Assembly (NCBI GenBank): GCA_963787805.1
Contig: CAWBEJ010000025.1
Location: forward strand, 30,475 to 94,474
Direction of reading: 5' to 3'
Length of the DNA: 64,000 bases
From: an uncultured Actinomycetota bacterium
Lineage (GTDB): Bacteria; Actinomycetota; Actinomycetes; Actinomycetales; Dermatophilaceae
Below are positions 1 through 11,031 of this stretch, in pieces; the first letter of the stretch is position 1, and each line of letters begins with the position of its first letter. The notes under the pieces are model-generated. The model saw nothing but the letters and a program-made list of their open reading frames with translations. It had not been told where the DNA came from and made no database searches. Position numbers and translations under genes: made by a program.

Positions 1-2
1 CT

Positions 3-293
3 GTGCTGCTGCATCCGGTGGCCTTCGAGGAACCGTTCGGGCTGTCGGTGGTGGAGTCGATGGTGTGCGGCACCCCGGTCGTGGCCTACCGCCGGGGGTC
101 GATGCCCGAGGTCGTCGACGAGGGAGTCACCGGCTACCTCGTGTCGGATGCCGATGCGGCCGTCACCGCCGTGGATGCCGCCGCCGCCCTCGACCGGTCA
201 CGGTGTCGCGAGCGCGCGGTGAGCCGCTACAGTGCGGCCCGGATGGTCAGCGACTACCTTGACGTCTATGCCGGAGTCGTGGCGACCGGGTGA
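3..293 (+). CDS. Glycosyltransferase family 4 (GT-B), C-terminal part, truncated by window edge
   Basis: EEPFGLSVVESMVCGTPVVAYRRGSMPEVV matches the GT4 E-x7-E motif. Confidence 0.9.
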   Translation: MLLHPVAFEEPFGLSVVESMVCGTPVVAYRRGSMPEVVDEGVTGYLVSDADAAVTAVDAAAALDRSRCRERAVSRYSAARMVSDYLDVYAGVVATG

Positions 294-1218
294 GCAGAGG
301 GTCTTCCGCAGGGCGGTCGCGAACCCGTTGCTCACCGCGGACGACTGGCCGTACCCGGTGAATGCGGTGTTCAACCCCGCCGTCGCGCACGACGGCGAGC
401 AGACCGTCCTCGTGTGCCGGGTGGAGGACTTCCAGGGGCGCAGCCACCTGAGCGTCGCCCGGTCGTCGGACGGACTCAACGGCTGGTCCATCGATCCGGA
501 GCCGCTGATCTACCCGTCCGGCGACCACCAGGCGGAGATGTGGGGAGCGGAGGACCCCCGGGTCACCCGCGTGGAGGAGCTCGGCGTGTGGGTCATCGCC
601 TACACCGCCTATGGACCGACCGGGCCGGCGGTCTCACTGGCGACCACCGCCGACTTCCGCACCGTGGAGCGCATCGGCGTCGTCTGCCCCCCGGACGACA
701 AGAACGCCGCGCTGCTGCCCCGCAGGATCGGCGAGCACTTCGTGCTGTTCCACCGGCCCCGCACGGTCGTCGGGGGGCACGCCGACGTGTGGATGTCCCG
801 CTCGCTCGACCTGCGCAGCTGGCTGGCACCCGAGCCGGTGTTCCGGGCTCGGGCCGGCCAGTGGGACAGCGCCCGCATCGGCATGGGCCCACCACCTCTC
901 GAGACGTCCGACGGCTGGCTCGTCGCCTATCACGGGGTGCGCGACACCGTGGCGGGAGAGCTCTACCGCGTCGGCATCGCGCTCCTCGACCTCGAGAACC
1001 CGCTCGAGGTGGTGCGGCGGTCCCCGGAGTGGTTCCTCGGCCCCACCACGTCGTACGAGCTGCAGGGGGACGTTCCGGGTGTGGTCTTCCCCTGTGGCTG
1101 GCTGCACGACCCCTACACCGACTCGCTGCGGCTCTACTACGGCGCAGCCGACTCGGTGGTCGCGATGGCGGAGTCGTCGCTGAGCGAGGTGCTGGACCTG
1201 CTGTCGCGGTGCTCGTAG
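268..1218 (+). CDS. GH130-family glycosidase / mannoside phosphorylase (beta-propeller)
   Basis: NAVFNPAV, GAEDPRV, DDKNAAL, LFHRP, WLVAYHGV, VVFPCG, YYGAAD motifs; start codon uncertain (ATG 268). Confidence 0.85.
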   Translation: MPESWRPGEQRVFRRAVANPLLTADDWPYPVNAVFNPAVAHDGEQTVLVCRVEDFQGRSHLSVARSSDGLNGWSIDPEPLIYPSGDHQAEMWGAEDPRVTRVEELGVWVIAYTAYGPTGPAVSLATTADFRTVERIGVVCPPDDKNAALLPRRIGEHFVLFHRPRTVVGGHADVWMSRSLDLRSWLAPEPVFRARAGQWDSARIGMGPPPLETSDGWLVAYHGVRDTVAGELYRVGIALLDLENPLEVVRRSPEWFLGPTTSYELQGDVPGVVFPCGWLHDPYTDSLRLYYGAADSVVAMAESSLSEVLDLLSRCS

Positions 1219-1284
1219 CCGACGCCCGGGCCCGCGACGCCTGCACGCCCGGGCGGCGCCGCGAGGCCGAACTACGGTTGACCC

Positions 1285-2211
1285 ATGCCGCTACCGCTCA
1301 CGGTGATCCCCATCCCCGGCCCGGGTGCCGAGGACGTCCTCGTCGCTGCTGACGGTCGCGTCTGGACCGGCACGGAGGACGGCGGCATCCACGTCCACGA
1401 CCCGGTTGCCGCGACGACCCGGACGGTCACGGCGACCGGCGGCCGCCCGCTGGGGCTGGAGCTTCTCCCCGACGGCCGCATCCTCGTCTGTGACGCCCAC
1501 CGGGGCCTCCTGGCCCTCGATCCGGCGACCGGGGACCTCGAGACGCTGCTCACCGAGGTGGACGGCCGTCGGCTTCTCTTCCCCAACAACGCCGCGGTGA
1601 CCGAGGACGGCACCATCTGGTTCTCGGACAGCAGCCGCGTCTGGACGGTCGAGGAGTGGAGGAGCGACCTCATCGAGCACACCTGCACCGGCCGACTCTT
1701 CCGGCGCACACCCGAGGGCCGCGTCGACACCGTGCTCGACGGCCTTGCCTTCGCCAACGGCGTTGCGCTCACGGCGGATGCCGGCGCGGTGCTCGTGGCC
1801 GAGACGGGAACGTGTGCGATCCGCCGCGTCTCACTCGTCGACGGTGAGCCGGGGGAGTCCTCGCTCTTCGTCGAGCACCTGCCCGGCCACCCCGACAACA
1901 TCGCGCTCGGCAGTGACGGACTGATCTGGGTGACGATCGCGTCACCGACCAACAGCGCCCTGCGCCTGCTCCAGCGGAGCCCCCGAGCCGTCCGGGGCCT
2001 GGTCCGCCGGGCGCCGGAGCGGCTCAAGCCCGAGCCGAGGCACACCGCCCGCGTGCTGGCCCTCGATGGAACCGGCGCGACCGTCCACGACCTCGACTTC
2101 GACGCCACCCACTGGCACCTCCCCACCGGGGTTCGGGAGCACCAGGGCAGGGTGTGGCTCGGGAGCCTGGTCCAGCCGGCCATCGCGGTCGGGAACGTGC
2201 CGACGGGCTGA
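1285..2211 (+). CDS. SMP-30/gluconolactonase/strictosidine-synthase-like protein
   Basis: GRPLGL, FPNN, LAFANGVAL, LPGHPDNI motifs; -10 TACGGT 6 nt before ATG. Confidence 0.85.
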   Translation: MPLPLTVIPIPGPGAEDVLVAADGRVWTGTEDGGIHVHDPVAATTRTVTATGGRPLGLELLPDGRILVCDAHRGLLALDPATGDLETLLTEVDGRRLLFPNNAAVTEDGTIWFSDSSRVWTVEEWRSDLIEHTCTGRLFRRTPEGRVDTVLDGLAFANGVALTADAGAVLVAETGTCAIRRVSLVDGEPGESSLFVEHLPGHPDNIALGSDGLIWVTIASPTNSALRLLQRSPRAVRGLVRRAPERLKPEPRHTARVLALDGTGATVHDLDFDATHWHLPTGVREHQGRVWLGSLVQPAIAVGNVPTG

Positions 2212-2235
2212 CTGCCCACGGCTCGAGCGAAGGGT

Positions 2236-2703
2236 TCAGACCCGTTCGTAGACGACCCGCGACCAGCCCTCGTGGTCCTCGCGGGACTCCTCGGCCCACG
2301 AGGCCCGGGGCCACGCGGGGAAGTAGGTGTCGCCCTCAGGCTCGGCGTCCACCTCGGTGATGACCATGCGATGGGCGAACGGCAGGGCCTCGGCGTAGAT
2401 CTGGGCACCACCGGCGACGAACACCTCGTCGGCCGGACCGGCGAGGGAGACCGCCTCGGCGAACGAGTGGGCCGTCTCGACCCCCGGGTGGTGCCACTGC
2501 GGGTCGCGGGTCACGACGATGGTGCGGCGTCCGGGCAGCACCCGTCCGATGGACTCGAACGTCCGCCGGCCCATGACGAGGGGATGTCCCAGCGTCGTCG
2601 CCTTGAAGTGGGCCAGCTCCTCCGGTAGGTGCCACGGCACCTCACCGTCCCTGCCGATGACGCCGTTGCGCGCCACGGCCGCGATGAGCGAGATCCGGGT
2701 CAT
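2236..2703 (-). CDS. folA: Dihydrofolate reductase
   Basis: IAAVARNGVIG, PWHLPEE, MGRRTFESIG, GGAQIY, GDTYFP. Confidence 0.97.
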   Translation of the reverse strand: MTRISLIAAVARNGVIGRDGEVPWHLPEELAHFKATTLGHPLVMGRRTFESIGRVLPGRRTIVVTRDPQWHHPGVETAHSFAEAVSLAGPADEVFVAGGAQIYAEALPFAHRMVITEVDAEPEGDTYFPAWPRASWAEESREDHEGWSRVVYERV

Positions 2704-2778
2704 CGCGCCCTCTCCTGACGTCGGTGGTCGTGCGGTGGTGCGGTGCCCGGGATGCCGCCAGCGGCGGCCGTGGCACCG

Positions 2779-3588
2779 TCAGACGGCGATCGGGGCCTTG
2801 ATGGACGGGTGCGCCTCGTACCCCACGAGCTCGAAGTCGTCGAGGTCGTAGTCGTCGATGCCCTCCTTGGGGGCCACCAGCATCCGAGGCAGCGGCAACG
2901 GGTCTCGTGTCAGCTGGAGCCGGGCCTGCTCGACGTGGGTGGAGTAGAGGTGCGCGTCCCCGAGGGTGTGGACGAAGTGTCCGGGCCGCAGGCCGGTGAG
3001 CTGAGCGACCATGGTCGTCAGGAGGGCGTAGGACGCGATGTTGAACGGCACCCCGAGGAAGATGTCGGCCGACCGTTGGTAGAGCTGGCAGTCGAGGAAG
3101 GCCGGACCGTCCTCAGCCGCGGGCCTCACGTAGAACTGGAACATCGCGTGGCACGGGGGCAGGGCCATGTCGTCGACGTCGGCGACGTTCCAGGCCGAGA
3201 CGATGTGCCGGCGGGAGTCGGGGTCGGTGCGGATGGCGTCGACGACCTTCGACATCTGGTCGACACGGCGGCCGTCCGGAGTCGGCCAGGAGCGCCACTG
3301 GTGGCCGTACACGGGTCCGAGGTCGCCCTGCGCGTCGGCCCAGTCGTCCCAGATGGTGATGCCGCGCTCCTGCAGCCACCGCACGTTGGTGTCCCCGCGC
3401 AGGAACCAGAGCAGCTCACCGATGATGGAGCGCAGGTGCAGCCGCTTCGTCGTGACGACCGGGAACCCGTCGGTGAGGTCGAATCGCATCTGGTAGCCGA
3501 ACACGCTCCGGGTCCCCGTACCGGTGCGGTCGGCCTTGTCGACGCCGTGGGTCATCACGTGGTCGAGCAGGTCGAGGTACTGGCGCAC
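2779..3588 (-). CDS. thyA: Thymidylate synthase
   Basis: [37 protein letters not shown]. Confidence 0.98.
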   Translation of the reverse strand: MRQYLDLLDHVMTHGVDKADRTGTGTRSVFGYQMRFDLTDGFPVVTTKRLHLRSIIGELLWFLRGDTNVRWLQERGITIWDDWADAQGDLGPVYGHQWRSWPTPDGRRVDQMSKVVDAIRTDPDSRRHIVSAWNVADVDDMALPPCHAMFQFYVRPAAEDGPAFLDCQLYQRSADIFLGVPFNIASYALLTTMVAQLTGLRPGHFVHTLGDAHLYSTHVEQARLQLTRDPLPLPRMLVAPKEGIDDYDLDDFELVGYEAHPSIKAPIAV

Positions 3589-3627
3589 GCCGGGAGCCTA
3601 CCGTCGTGACGCACTACCCTTGGGCGC

Positions 3628-4515
3628 ATGACGAGCTCCCCCTTCGGTCGTGTCCTCACCGCGATGGTGACCCCGATGTCACCGGACGGCGAGCTCGACG
3701 ACAAGGGCACCGACTCGCTCGTGGACCACCTGCTCGGAACGGGTCACGACGGCATCGTCGTCAACGGCACGACCGGGGAGTCGTCGACCCTCACCGACGA
3801 CGAGAGCATCGCGCTCGTGCGCCGCGTCAAGGACCGTGCGGGCGACCGCGCGGCGGTCGTCGCCGGCGTCGGGTCGAACGACACCCGCCACGCCGTGGAC
3901 ATGGCCCGGCGCGCGGCGCAGGCAGGAGCCGACGCCCTCCTCCTCGTCACGCCGTACTACAACAAGCCCACCCAGGCCGGCGTCGTCGCGCACTGCCGCG
4001 CCGTCGCCGACACGACCGACCTGCCGGTCATGCTCTACGACATTCCGACCCGCACCGGCATCCCCTTCACGACGGAGACGCTCATCACCCTCGCCGAACA
4101 CCCGCGCATCGCCGCCGTCAAGGACGCGAAGGGCGACCTGTGGGCGTCCACCAAGGTCATGGCCGGGACCGACCTGCTGTGGTTCAGCGGCGCCGACGAG
4201 CTCAACCTCCCGCTCCTGGCCCAGGGGGCGGTCGGCGTCGTGTCGGTGGTCGGTCACGTGGCCGGTGAGCAGTATGCCGCCATGGTCACCGCCGTCGACC
4301 GCGGCGACCTCCGCGAGGCCCGCCGCCTGCACACCTCCCTCATCCGCGTCGTCGAGGCGATCATGACGACCTCCCAGGGGGCGATCATGGCCAAGGCGGC
4401 TCTGGTCGAGCTCGGTGTCCTGGAGTCGGCGACCGTCCGCCTGCCGCTCGTCGAGTCGCCACCGGAGCACCTCGAGCTGCTCCGGTCCGCCCTCGCGACG
4501 CTGCCGACCCGATGA
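3628..4515 (+). CDS. dapA: 4-hydroxy-tetrahydrodipicolinate synthase
   Basis: GTTGES, TPYYNKP, LYDIP, AVKDA; adjacent to rnj. Confidence 0.96.
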   Translation: MTSSPFGRVLTAMVTPMSPDGELDDKGTDSLVDHLLGTGHDGIVVNGTTGESSTLTDDESIALVRRVKDRAGDRAAVVAGVGSNDTRHAVDMARRAAQAGADALLLVTPYYNKPTQAGVVAHCRAVADTTDLPVMLYDIPTRTGIPFTTETLITLAEHPRIAAVKDAKGDLWASTKVMAGTDLLWFSGADELNLPLLAQGAVGVVSVVGHVAGEQYAAMVTAVDRGDLREARRLHTSLIRVVEAIMTTSQGAIMAKAALVELGVLESATVRLPLVESPPEHLELLRSALATLPTR

Positions 4516-6197
4516 GCCACCCCCACCCCGAGCTCGACCTTCCCGGTCCGCTCGTGGACGGCGGGGTTCGCGTCGTCCCTCTCGGCGGTCTCGGCGAGAT
4601 CGGCCGCAACATGACCGTCATCGAGCACCGGGGGCAGCTCCTCATCATCGACTGCGGGGTGCTGTTCCCCGATGACCACCACCCGGGGATCGACCTCATC
4701 CTCCCGGACTTCGAGTACATCAAGGATCGCCTCGACGCCGTCCAGGCCGTCGTCCTCACCCACGGACACGAGGACCACATCGGGGCGGTGCCCTATCTCC
4801 TGCGCCTCAAGCCCGACCTGCCGCTCGTGGGCTCGCAGCTCACGCTGGCCCTCGTCGAGGCGAAGCTCAAGGAGCACCGCATCCGGCCCTACACGCTCGG
4901 CGTGCGTGAGGGCGACCGCGAGCGGCTCGGCCACTTCGACTGCGAGTTCGTCGCGGTGAACCACTCCATCCCCGATGCGCTCGCCGTGGCGGTGCGCACC
5001 TCGGGAGGGACGCTGCTGCACACCGGCGACTTCAAGATGGACCAGCTTCCCCTCGACGGCCGGCTCACGGACCTGCGGGCCTTCGCACGCCTGGGAGAGG
5101 AGGGCGTCGACCTCTTCCTCACCGACTCGACCAACGCCGAGGTCCCCGGCTTCACGACGCCCGAGCGCGACATCTCCTCCGCCATCGACAAGGTCTTCCG
5201 CCACGCCGAGCGGCGGGTCATCGTCGCCTGCTTCTCCTCCCACGTGCACCGCGTGCAGCAGGTCCTCGACGCGGCCCAGAAGGCGGGCCGCAAGGTGGCC
5301 ATGGTGGGCCGGTCGATGGTCCGGAACATGGGCATCGCCGCCGAGCTCGGCTACCTGCACGTGCCCGCCGGCGTCCTCGTCGACGTCAAGCAGCTCGACG
5401 ACCTGCGCGACGACCAGATCGTGCTCATCTGCACCGGCAGCCAGGGTGAGCCGATGGCGGCACTGTCCCGCATGGCCAACCGGGACCACCGGATCGACGT
5501 GGGCCGCGGCGACACCGTGCTTCTCGCGTCCTCGCTCATCCCCGGCAACGAGAACGCCGTGTACCGCGTCATCAACGGCCTCATGCGGCTCGGGGCGGCG
5601 GTGGTCCACAGGGGGAACGCGAGGGTGCACGTGTCGGGGCATGCCAGCGCCGGGGAGCTCCTCTACTGCTACAACATCGTCCGGCCACGCAACGTCATGC
5701 CGGTGCACGGGGAGTGGCGCCACCTCGTCGCCAACGCGGAGCTCGCCGTGGCCACGGGCGTCCCGCGTGACCGCGTCGTCGTCGTCGAGGACGGCGTGGC
5801 CGTCGACCTCGTCGACGGGGAGGCAGCGGTCTCGGGCGCGGTCCCCTCGGGATACGTCTATGTGGACGGCGCCTCGGTGGGCGGGGCGGACGAGGGCCTG
5901 CTCAAGGACCGTCGCATCCTGCGCGACGAGGGCTTCATCTCCGTCACCGTCGTCGTCGACTCGATGACCGGGAAGATCATCGCCGGTCCTGAGATCACGG
6001 CGAGAGGTTTCGTCGAGGACGAGGTCGTGTTCGACGACGTCATGCCCTCGCTCGTTCGGGCCCTCGACGAGGCCACGGCGAACGGTGTCGCGGACACCTA
6101 CCAGCTGCAGCAGGTCATCCGTCGGTCGGTCGGTGGCTGGGTGGGGCGGAAGATCCGCCGTCGGCCGATGATCATCCCCACGGTCATCGAGGCCTGA
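4512..6197 (+). CDS. rnj: Ribonuclease J
   Basis: PLGGLGEIGRNM, THGHEDHIG, HVSGHA, MPVHGE. Confidence 0.97.
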   Translation: MSHPHPELDLPGPLVDGGVRVVPLGGLGEIGRNMTVIEHRGQLLIIDCGVLFPDDHHPGIDLILPDFEYIKDRLDAVQAVVLTHGHEDHIGAVPYLLRLKPDLPLVGSQLTLALVEAKLKEHRIRPYTLGVREGDRERLGHFDCEFVAVNHSIPDALAVAVRTSGGTLLHTGDFKMDQLPLDGRLTDLRAFARLGEEGVDLFLTDSTNAEVPGFTTPERDISSAIDKVFRHAERRVIVACFSSHVHRVQQVLDAAQKAGRKVAMVGRSMVRNMGIAAELGYLHVPAGVLVDVKQLDDLRDDQIVLICTGSQGEPMAALSRMANRDHRIDVGRGDTVLLASSLIPGNENAVYRVINGLMRLGAAVVHRGNARVHVSGHASAGELLYCYNIVRPRNVMPVHGEWRHLVANAELAVATGVPRDRVVVVEDGVAVDLVDGEAAVSGAVPSGYVYVDGASVGGADEGLLKDRRILRDEGFISVTVVVDSMTGKIIAGPEITARGFVEDEVVFDDVMPSLVRALDEATANGVADTYQLQQVIRRSVGGWVGRKIRRRPMIIPTVIEA

Positions 6198-6290
6198 CAC
6201 AGGCGCTCAGGTCCTCATCGCGCTCATCTTGGCCTCAGTGTTCCGCGTGTGACGCATGTGTCCGGTGTGACTGTCGCGTAGCCTGCGCCC

Positions 6291-9032
6291 ATGGCGACTC
6301 GTACGTCTTCCTCGCCGCGCGGCCGCACGACGTCCACGCGTCCACGGGGGCAGCGCCCCACTGCTCGTTCGAGCGGACGCTCCCGCAAGGCCCGGTCCGG
6401 GCGTCTTCCGCTGCCCGTGCGCGCCGTGCAGAACACGTGGATGGGTCTTGCGCACGCGACCGGCGCGGTGGCGCGCAAGGTGGGCGACACCGGCCGCGAC
6501 CTCGAGCCGGAGCACCGCCGTGACGGCGTCGGTCTGCTCCTTCTGGCCCTTGCCGTCGTCGTCGCCGCTCGCGAGTGGTGGGGCATGCCGGGTGATGTGG
6601 GCACGATCGTCCACGCCGTCATCGCAGGAACCTTCGGCAAGGTCGGCTACGTCGTCCCCCTCGTGCTGCTCGCGTTCGGCATCCGCATGCTGCGCGCGCC
6701 GCAGGACGAGGCGGCGACCTCGCGTGCGGCCGTCGGGACGACCGCTCTGGCCTTCGCCGCGTGCGGTCTGACCCACGTCGCCGCCGGCATCCCCACACCA
6801 CCCGAGGGCGCCGACGGGATGCGGGCGGCGGGCGGCATCCTGGGTTTCCTCTCCTCCAGCCCGCTGGAGGCCGCCGTCTCCGTCTACGGAGCCGTGCCGC
6901 TGCTGCTCCTCCTCGGGCTCTTCGGTGTCCTCGTCATCACGGCGACGCCCCTGCACCAGGTGCCCACCCGACTTCGGGCCGTCACGGACCGGCTCACCGG
7001 CCACCCTCCCGTCGCGCCGAACGACACGGCCACGACCGCTCCGGTGAACGACCGGCGTCGGGCGGGCCGGGGCGCCGCGCTCGACGGCGATGGCCCGCGG
7101 GTCGGCGACGAGGCGTTCGAGCAGGCCGCCCTCGTCGACCCCGTCACCGGCAAGCGTCTCCGCCCGGGGCAGAAGCGGTCCACGGCGCCCCTTGCCGTCC
7201 CGGACGGAGGAGGCGAGGCCACCGCGATGGGCGGACCGGCAGCGCGAGGCCCCGTCCCGGAGCGAGTGCCGCTGGAGGCGCCTCCCACGACCCCGCTGCC
7301 GCAGCGGGTCGAACAGCTGTCGCTGGCCGGTGACGTGACCTACACCCTCCCCGACGCCGCACTCCTCGAGCCCGGCAGCCCGCACAGGGCTCGCAGCGCC
7401 GCGAACGACCGCATCGTGGAGTCGCTGACGACGGTGCTCGACCAGTTCGAGATCGACGCCCAGGTCACCGGCTTCAGCCGGGGTCCGACCGTGACGCGGT
7501 ACGAGGTGGAGCTCGGCCCGGGGATCAAGGTCGAGCGCGTCACCGCGCTCTCCAAGAACATCGCGTATGCCGTGGCCTCCGCCGACGTGCGGATCCTCAG
7601 TCCCATCCCCGGGAAGTCGGCGATCGGCATCGAGATCCCGAACCTCGACCGCGAGAAGGTCAGCCTCGGCGACGTCCTGCGCAGCCAGGTGGCCCGCGGC
7701 ACCGACCACCCGATGGTCATGGGCGTGGGCAAGGACGTCGAGGGCGGCTACGTCGTCGCCAACCTCGCGAAGATGCCGCACCTCCTCGTCGCAGGTGCCA
7801 CGGGCGCCGGGAAGTCGAGCTTCGTCAACTCGATGATCACCTCGATCCTCATGCGCGCGACGCCCGAAGAGGTGCGCCTCGTGCTCGTCGACCCGAAACG
7901 GGTCGAGCTCACCGCGTACGAGGGCATCCCGCACCTCATCACCCCGATCATCACCAACCCCAAGAAGGCCGCCGAGGCCCTGCAGTGGGTGGTGCGTGAG
8001 ATGGACACCCGCTACGACGACCTCGCCGCCTTCGGCTTCAAGCACGTCGACGAGTTCAACAAGGCGGTCAAGGGCGCGAAGGTGACCCCGCTGCCCGGTT
8101 CCGAGCGCGTGCTCACCCCCTACCCCTACCTCCTCGTCGTCGTCGACGAGCTCGCGGACCTCATGATGGTCGCCCCGCGCGACGTCGAGGAGTCGATCGT
8201 CCGGATCACCCAGCTCGCGCGCGCGGCCGGCATCCATCTCGTGCTGGCCACCCAGCGGCCGAGCGTCGACGTCGTGACCGGGCTCATCAAGGCCAACGTG
8301 CCGTCACGGATGGCCTTCGCGACCTCGAGCGTCACGGACTCGCGGGTGGTCCTCGACCAGCCCGGCGCCGAGAAGCTCATCGGGCAGGGTGACGCCCTCT
8401 TCCTGCCGATGGGCGCCAGCAAGCCGATGCGCGTGCAGGGCGCCTGGGTCACCGAGTCCGAGATCCACGCCGTCGTCAAGCACGTCACCGGGCAGCTGCG
8501 ACCCACCTACCGCGACGACGTCACGGTGAGCGCACCCAGGAAGCAGGTCGAGGACGACATCGGCGACGACCTCGACCTGCTGCTGCAGGCCACCGAGCTC
8601 GTCGTCACGACGCAGTTCGGCTCCACGTCGATGCTGCAGCGCAAGCTGCGCGTCGGCTTCGCCAAGGCCGGCCGGCTCATGGACCTGCTGGAGTCCCGTG
8701 GTGTCGTCGGCCCGTCCGAGGGGTCCAAGGCGCGCGACGTCCTCGTCAAGCCCGACGACCTCGCCACGACCCTCGCGCTGCTGCGCGGCGAGGACGTGCC
8801 GGACGTCGCGATCGAGCCGTATGCCGTGCCGGTGGACGGTGTCGCCGGGACCGGGGGTCGCCGGTCACCGACGACTCCACGGACGACACCTCGGAGGTGC
8901 CGGTCATCGCCTACCAGCGCGACGCCGTCGCCGACGACCTCGACCGGTACCCCGTCGCGAGGGACTGGGCCGACGGGGACTCCGGGAGACGACGGCAGCG
9001 ACGACGCGTGGGAGCTCACCGGCCGCCGGTGA
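6291..9032 (+). CDS. ftsK: DNA translocase FtsK; acidic C-terminal tail probably carries two compensating indels (~8855, ~8985)
   Basis: N-terminal TM region, GATGAGKS Walker [22 protein letters not shown], gamma domain [21 protein letters not shown]. Confidence 0.96.
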   Translation: MATRTSSSPRGRTTSTRPRGQRPTARSSGRSRKARSGRLPLPVRAVQNTWMGLAHATGAVARKVGDTGRDLEPEHRRDGVGLLLLALAVVVAAREWWGMPGDVGTIVHAVIAGTFGKVGYVVPLVLLAFGIRMLRAPQDEAATSRAAVGTTALAFAACGLTHVAAGIPTPPEGADGMRAAGGILGFLSSSPLEAAVSVYGAVPLLLLLGLFGVLVITATPLHQVPTRLRAVTDRLTGHPPVAPNDTATTAPVNDRRRAGRGAALDGDGPRVGDEAFEQAALVDPVTGKRLRPGQKRSTAPLAVPDGGGEATAMGGPAARGPVPERVPLEAPPTTPLPQRVEQLSLAGDVTYTLPDAALLEPGSPHRARSAANDRIVESLTTVLDQFEIDAQVTGFSRGPTVTRYEVELGPGIKVERVTALSKNIAYAVASADVRILSPIPGKSAIGIEIPNLDREKVSLGDVLRSQVARGTDHPMVMGVGKDVEGGYVVANLAKMPHLLVAGATGAGKSSFVNSMITSILMRATPEEVRLVLVDPKRVELTAYEGIPHLITPIITNPKKAAEALQWVVREMDTRYDDLAAFGFKHVDEFNKAVKGAKVTPLPGSERVLTPYPYLLVVVDELADLMMVAPRDVEESIVRITQLARAAGIHLVLATQRPSVDVVTGLIKANVPSRMAFATSSVTDSRVVLDQPGAEKLIGQGDALFLPMGASKPMRVQGAWVTESEIHAVVKHVTGQLRPTYRDDVTVSAPRKQVEDDIGDDLDLLLQATELVVTTQFGSTSMLQRKLRVGFAKAGRLMDLLESRGVVGPSEGSKARDVLVKPDDLATTLALLRGEDVPDVAIEPYAVPVDGVAGTGGRRSPTTPRTTPRRCRSSPTSATPSPTTSTGTPSRGTGPTGTPGDDGSDDAWELTGRR

Positions 9033-9048
9033 CTTCTACAGTGGTGCC

Positions 9049-9750
9049 ATGACCATGTTGTGGGAGGACCTCAAGGAGCCTCCGTCCCGATCGGCCCGAT
9101 GGAAGGCCACGCTGCGCAAGCAGCCGTCGGCGTTCCTGCTGACCGTGCAGATCCTCGTCATCCTGCTGCTGCCGTTCCTCGAGTCCTCGGAGTACGGTCG
9201 CGCCGTCATCTCGCTGCTGAGCCTCTCGGCGCTCATCACGGCCGTCTTCACCGTCCGGAGCACGCCCGCCCTCACGTGGCTGTCGGTGACCCTCGCCCTG
9301 CCGGCCGCGGTCTTCGAGATCTGGAGCCTCGTCGACGACCGCTCGGCCATCCTGGCCCTCGCCCACTCGTTCCTCGCCCTCTTCTACTTCTACACGGCCT
9401 ACGCCCTCATCTCGTACATGTTCGAGGACGCCTGGGTGACCAAGGACGAGCTCTTCGCCGTGGGCGCCTGCTTCACCGTGCTCGTCTTCGCGTTCGCCTA
9501 CGTCTTCCTCGCGATCCAGGAGGTGTACCCGAACTCGTTCACCTCCTTCGACGGTCCGGGGCAACGGACCTTCCTCGAGCTCCTCTACCTCTCGGGTGCC
9601 AACCTCACGAGCGTGGGGCTCTCCGACGTCGGCCCGATCCGCCCCGAGGCGCGGGCCATGGGCACGGTGGAGCAGCTGGCCGGCGTCATGTACGTCGCGA
9701 TGGTCATCTCGCGCCTCGTGGCGCTCACCGTCATGCGTGCCCGCCAGTGA
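9049..9750 (+). CDS. Potassium/ion channel family membrane protein
   Basis: Several TM helices, pore-like [16 protein letters not shown]; -10 TACAGT 6 nt before ATG. Confidence 0.75.
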   Translation: MTMLWEDLKEPPSRSARWKATLRKQPSAFLLTVQILVILLLPFLESSEYGRAVISLLSLSALITAVFTVRSTPALTWLSVTLALPAAVFEIWSLVDDRSAILALAHSFLALFYFYTAYALISYMFEDAWVTKDELFAVGACFTVLVFAFAYVFLAIQEVYPNSFTSFDGPGQRTFLELLYLSGANLTSVGLSDVGPIRPEARAMGTVEQLAGVMYVAMVISRLVALTVMRARQ

Positions 9751-9781
9751 CGTCGAGACGTCGACCGGGGCGAACGAGCGT

Positions 9782-10974
9782 TCAGGTCGGGCTGACCGTC
9801 GAGGTCCTCGATGCGGGCCAGGCTCGGCCCGCGCCGTGCCCTGGATCTCACGCGCACACGCCTCGGCGGCACCCAGGACCCGAAGGGCGTTGCCCCCGGC
9901 CATCGCCGCCAGGTCCGCGTCGCTCCAGCCGCGGTCTGCCAGCGCGGCCAGCAGGCGCGGGTAGCCGGTGACGTCCTCGAGGCCCTGGGGCAGCACGTCG
10001 ACCCCGTCGTAGTCGCCGCCGAGCCCGATGTGCTCGACCCCGGCCACCTCACGGGCGTGCTCGCAGTGTGCGACGACGTCGTCAATGGTGGCCACCGGCC
10101 CGCCCATCCTGCGGCGCCGCGCCTCGAGGAAGGGGGCGTATGCCGTGGAGTCGTCCGCGTCGATGCCCTCGGCCGCTGCGGCTTCGCTCGCCTCCAGGTC
10201 CCAGTCACGGACGCTCTGGGAGACGAAGCGCGGGACGAACGTCACCATGCACAGGCCGCCGTTGTGCCGCAGGCGCTCGAGCACGTCGTCGGGCACGTTG
10301 CGGGGGTGGTCGCACAAGGCGCGGGCCGAGGAGTGGGAGAACATCGCCGGCGCCTGCGTGACGTCGAGGGCGTCGCGCATCGTGTCTGCCGAGACGTGCG
10401 AGAGGTCGACGAGCATGCCCAACCGGTTCATCTCCCGGACCACCTCGTGCCCGAACGGGGACAAGCCGCCGAGCTCGGGCTCGTCGGTGGCAGAGTCCGC
10501 CCACGGCACGTTGTCGTTGTGGGTCAGCGTGAGGTAGCGGACGCCGAGGGCGTAGAGCATCCGCAGCGCCCCGAGCGAGGAGTCGATGCTGTGCCCGCCC
10601 TCGGCGCCCAGCAACGAGGCGATCCGGCCCTCGGCCCGGGCACGGTGGACGCCGGCGACCGAGGTCGCGAGAGCGAGGTCACCGGCATACCTCGCGGTCA
10701 TGCAGTGCACGGCATCCACCTGCTCCAGCGTGGCCGTGACGGCCGCGAGCCCCTGCAGATGGGACGGCACGAAGACCGACCAGAACTGGGCGCCCACGCC
10801 GCCCTCGCGCAGTCGAGGAAGGTCGGTGTGGGTCGCCTGGCGACTCGAGATGTCGAGCTGGTCCCAGTCGTAGCCGGCCCGTTCCCGCGCCTCCCACGGG
10901 AGGTCGTTGTGTCCGTCGACGACAGGGTGCTCGGCGAGAAGCGCGCGGATCCGGCCGAGGCTGTCCGAAGGCAT
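9782..10974 (-). CDS. Membrane dipeptidase (peptidase M19); 3' end frameshifted at ~9840, stop position approximate
   Basis: [41 protein letters not shown]; the likely terminus [13 protein letters not shown] lies in another frame. Confidence 0.9.
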
Positions 10975-11031
10975 GCGCAGACCCTACTCGCGGGGTCAGG
11001 GCCGGCCGGCGTGCCCAACTAGAGTGACGGC

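Noticed and set aside
9016-9781. Apparent 250-aa C-terminal extension of the dipeptidase overlapping the channel gene
   Set aside because: Caused by the indel at ~9840; the extension is the antisense of the channel gene.
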